Assembly (NCBI RefSeq): GCF_009914755.1
Contig: NC_060939.1
Origin: the human T2T-CHM13v2.0 reference genome, Homo sapiens
DNA length: 64,000 nucleotides
Direction: 5' to 3' (one strand)
The position numbers and the translations under genes are program-made. Shown here piece by piece: positions 60,151-64,000 of this stretch. The first letter of the stretch is position 1. Each line of letters begins with the position of its first letter. Under the pieces are notes generated by a model. That model did no database searches, was not told the DNA's origin, and saw only the letters and a program-made list of their open reading frames with translations.

Positions 60151-60808
60151 TCAGGAAAATACTATAGAACCAACATGACATTACAGTGTTTCCATATTTT
60201 CTGGCCAGCCTCTCCCAGACACTCATTACCAGACATGCAAGGGAGTTTTGAGGATAAGCCCCCACTCAGCTACACACTGTGCTATGAACTCAGCCCCCAA
60301 GTGGGCTGGGTTCTCTGGGGCTCAGTTGGGTCTCCTGTGTCCTTTGGGGAGAAGAGATCTCCCTTTTCAAGATTGGACCATGCTCCAAGGACAGAAGCCA
60401 GGTGTCTGGCTGTCTGGTACAATCAGTAGCTTTTTTCAGGATTCAGGAAAGGCTCAGAGGGTGATAACTAGGTCTGGGAGTCTGCAGACAGGAGAACTCA
60501 CCTGCTAACTGACGCACAGGGATGCAGTCCCATGGAGAAATAGCTAGTGCCTCATCTCTAGGAGGATTCCAATAGGGGCAGCATGATAGCCAAGCAGAGA
60601 TGTTGTGGGATAATTCATTTATTTAGTTCAGCTCCTACTCTCTATCAGACCCTGTGCCCAGTGCTTGGAATACAGTGGTGAGTAACATACAAGCCTGTCT
60701 TCAAAGGATCTTAGAGTCTTAAATGGGAAAGCTAGACACACACAGTTAATAGATAGGCCTGGGCCAGGGGACAGAGATAAGGCTGGGGCAGAGAGGAAAG
60801 TGATGTAA

Positions 60809-61220
<412 letters not shown>

Positions 61221-61928
61221 CTGCATCTTGCAAGTCTTTGAGCTGGATAAGTGATGCATTAGCTGGCCTCTAAGGGCTCTCTCCATTCTAAAATTCTTGT
61301 ACTCCTGGTCTAGATCCATGGCTTTCTCACCGTGGCCCCCTTCCCAAGGTGGGTGGTCTCACCCTAACTCACTCTGCACAGTGTACCTTTACCATGGCAC
61401 TTATCACCTCCACCAAAGTTGCGCCCAGGCTCTTAGTGAGGGGAGTGGCTGGACCCATTCAGGGTCTCTGGGAACAAAGGAGAGGCTCATAAAGAGTGTG
61501 ATTAATTCAGTTTGCTGGGGCGGGGTGGGAAGAGTGTCCAAAAGAGGTAGGTTAGGCTTCTTCATGCTCCTGACTTCTTAGGAGTGAAGAACAGTCCACT
61601 GAGTCTTATGGAGCCTCATTCTCTTCTATTCTGGAAGGAAGTACAGCTTTGAAGTGATGGGGTGGGGACCTCAGACTGGTAGTTGTTTGCATACTTTTTT
61701 TTTAACCTTACATCTTGTTCAATACGTGGGGCAACCAATATGTGGGGCAACCAGGAGATATAATATTACTCTTATATCTGCTGGGGGCCCAAGCAAATGC
61801 ATACCCAGAAAATGACCAGAAAACCTCAACATCTCTCTCTAGGTAAAACGTGTGTCTGTTTCTCTTCGTAGGACAAATTTCACAGTGTGAATTAGAGAAC
61901 AAGGGATGCTTTGAAGCCACTTGTGATG

Positions 61929-61933
<5 letters not shown>

Positions 61934-61984
<51 letters not shown>
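61934..61984. repeat. (TA)n microsatellite
   Basis: Seen directly. Confidence 0.95.
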
Positions 61985-61999
61985 TTTAATTTTACCATG

Positions 62000-62250
62000 G
62001 CGTTCCATGGTGTAATGTAATGGTTAGGAGCCAGGGATCCGGAGACATCCCGGTTCAAAGCCTGTTCCCCTCTTTGAGAGAGCTTGGCCACATCTTTTTG
62101 GGCCTGGGTGTCTTCAACTGCAAAGTGGGAATAATAATAATACCACCCTGCTAGGGTTGTTGTGAGGATTAAATGAGCTGATACATGTAAAAGAGCCCAA
62201 CAATGCCTTCCATGCAGTAAGTACTCAGCGTTCGCTGTGGTGATTAATAT
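62000..62250 (+). mobile_element. MIR
   Basis: GGGAATAATAATAATACC...AGGGTTGTTGTGAGGATTAAATGAG...TAAGTACTCAG. Confidence 0.75.
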
Positions 62251-62399
62251 TAAAGTGAGTGCTCAGTAAATATTTGTTGGGTAAATGTGTGCATTTTTCA
62301 TTTTGTTTGCATTCAGGATAAAGTTGTGGGAAAATAAGATCTTCCTGATAGCCTCTGCCCGGTAACTGGCAGGAGGCGGAGATGGGGTGGAAGGTGGGC

Positions 62400-63700
62400 T
62401 GAGAGTCTCCAGTAGTTAAAAAAAATAAGCGTTCGGAGAGGATGGGGCCTCAGGTCGTTACTGCGGTCTCCAGCAGGGGGAGCCCAGGTAGTCATCACTT
62501 GCCGGCTCCAGACCTCAAGGAGGGAGGGAATTACCCTTGACCGAGCGCCTACTGTGTGCAGTGCCCCCGTCAGGCGCTGGGGGGCGCCGTGAAGTCAGGA
62601 TGACTGGGAAGTGGGGGCTTGGAGAGGGCGCAGTGAGGTGCTTTTGAACCAACGCAGACCTACAGGGCCGACTTCCTGAGGGCGAATGTCGCTTTGCTGC
62701 AGCGGGGCACGGGTTTGGTTCCCGGCGGGGCCTGGCCTGGGAAGCGCGGGGCTGAGGGCGATGCCCGGCCGCTATCCCGAGTCGGTGCGTGCCTATGCTG
62801 CAGGAGGGCCACCAGGAGCTCTGCTTCTCCGCTGCACCCGGCTCGGAGCAGGCACTCAGTACAACTCACTTAGCGAAGTAAAGCTGCCTGGCGGGGACAC
62901 TCCGGGCTGCAGGTGTGCGTACAAGGGGCCTCCTCATGGCAGTTTTGGGGTGGAAACAGTACCATCCCCCCGCACCCCACCCTTCCCCCATCCCTGCGGC
63001 TAGACCGGGAAGAGGTAAAGCCCGGAGACTCCACCTTGGCATGGGGCAGGGGTGCCACATGGGATCTGGCCTTGAACGGGACATTCCTCATTCTGCTTCC
63101 GGCAGCGCCAGGTTTTCTCGTCCACTACTCTGCGGTGGCGGGTCGGCAGCTGGAGGGACAGCTAATCTGGGGGCCCTGGTATGTGTTTATGTATATATGC
63201 ATGCATCTATGTATGTATGGAGTAGTTTTCATAGATATTTTCAAATATCAGAGCTCCCGACAGTTCATCATAGCAGCTAATTGGAAAAAGGAGTTGCACC
63301 TCGGCTCAAAAGATGCCAGAATCAGAAAGATATTGAGGAGCAAATGATTGGAGACGGTTTTACCTTCGCCCCAGAGCAGGCGGGTTTGGCCCTGTAGGTG
63401 AGAGCGAGATCTGAAGAGGGTGGGGCCGGGGGCACATGCGCTCGGTTCCCTGCTGGCCCAAGTGGTCCCGGAACAGTGGCTGAACCAGCGGATCTAGTGA
63501 GGGAGCTGGCAGTCCCGCCGCCCCTGCCCACTCCTGGCCCGCGGCGTTTGGCCTGGCAGGCTCAGGAGCTTGGCTTCTGCCCTCCCAGACACTCTGCTCC
63601 TAGAGAAGTTGGGTTGGAGTCGTCGAGCTCCACATTTCCAACTGTGTGAACTCGGCCAGATCTTTTAACCTCTTGAACCCTTGGGAGCCAAAATACCAGC
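62400..63700. promoter_or_regulatory. Weaker CpG-rich region with a CTCF-like motif
   Basis: Elevated CpG; CCAGCAGGGGGAGC at 62470-62483. Confidence 0.5.
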
Positions 63701-64000
63701 CCCTCAGTGGAGTGCGAGCAAGCGTCTTCAGGGAGACTGTAAACCTCTGTGGACGCCTGTCAAGACCGAGTGTTGAATGCCTTGCTGGATTTTTGTGTCG
63801 TTTAATCCTCATCTGAGGAGTCTTTCTCCCAGTTTTACGGATGGGGTAGTGGAAGTCTTGATGAAAGGGAGCAGATGCCCTTGTTCCTGGGGCAGCCAGC
63901 TAGAAGCCTCCTGTTGTTTCTCAGGCCCCTTTTAAAGTTCCTAAAATGGAGTGCTGGGACCCCAGGAGGGAGGAGAGGCACACAGGATAATTCTGGCTGA

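Noticed and set aside
61720-61751. 16-bp tandem duplication CAATA(C/T)GTGGGGCAAC
   Set aside because: Ordinary slippage duplication.

Overview
Human (primate) genomic DNA from chr15q26.1, identified by the hsa-mir-9-3 precursor at 14074-14163 (+). The window covers the MIR9-3 host lncRNA MIR9-3HG (LINC00925), running from CpG-island promoters at about 7.6-8.8 kb, 13.4-14.3 kb and 23.6-25.6 kb, through short internal exons at 33.8-35.5 kb, to a ~3.5 kb terminal exon ending at an AATAAA at 44500. No protein-coding gene is supported: the long ORFs are GC-rich CpG-island or Alu artefacts. The rest is CpG islands (including large gene-less ones at 45.4-46.7, 52.1-58.0 and 62.4-63.7 kb), neural-type regulatory motifs (RE1/REST, CRE, RFX, OTX-type, POU/SOX/PBX-HOX, YY1, CTCF), interspersed repeats (Alu, MIR, L2, L1M, LTR, MER33, MADE2) and microsatellites. 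The most interesting observations: (1) an Alu carrying a fold-back plus a ~140-bp templated insertion copied from 1.6 kb away, a fossil DNA-repair scar; (2) four miR-124 7-mer sites and four miR-9 seed matches in the terminal exon of the miR-9 host RNA, suggesting neuronal-miRNA feedback on the host; (3) a 37-codon smORF whose stop lies 7 nt before the last junction; (4) inverted Alus bracketing the internal exon cluster. Exon boundaries are read from splice motifs by eye and repeat family names are from recalled consensus sequences; none were verified by search.
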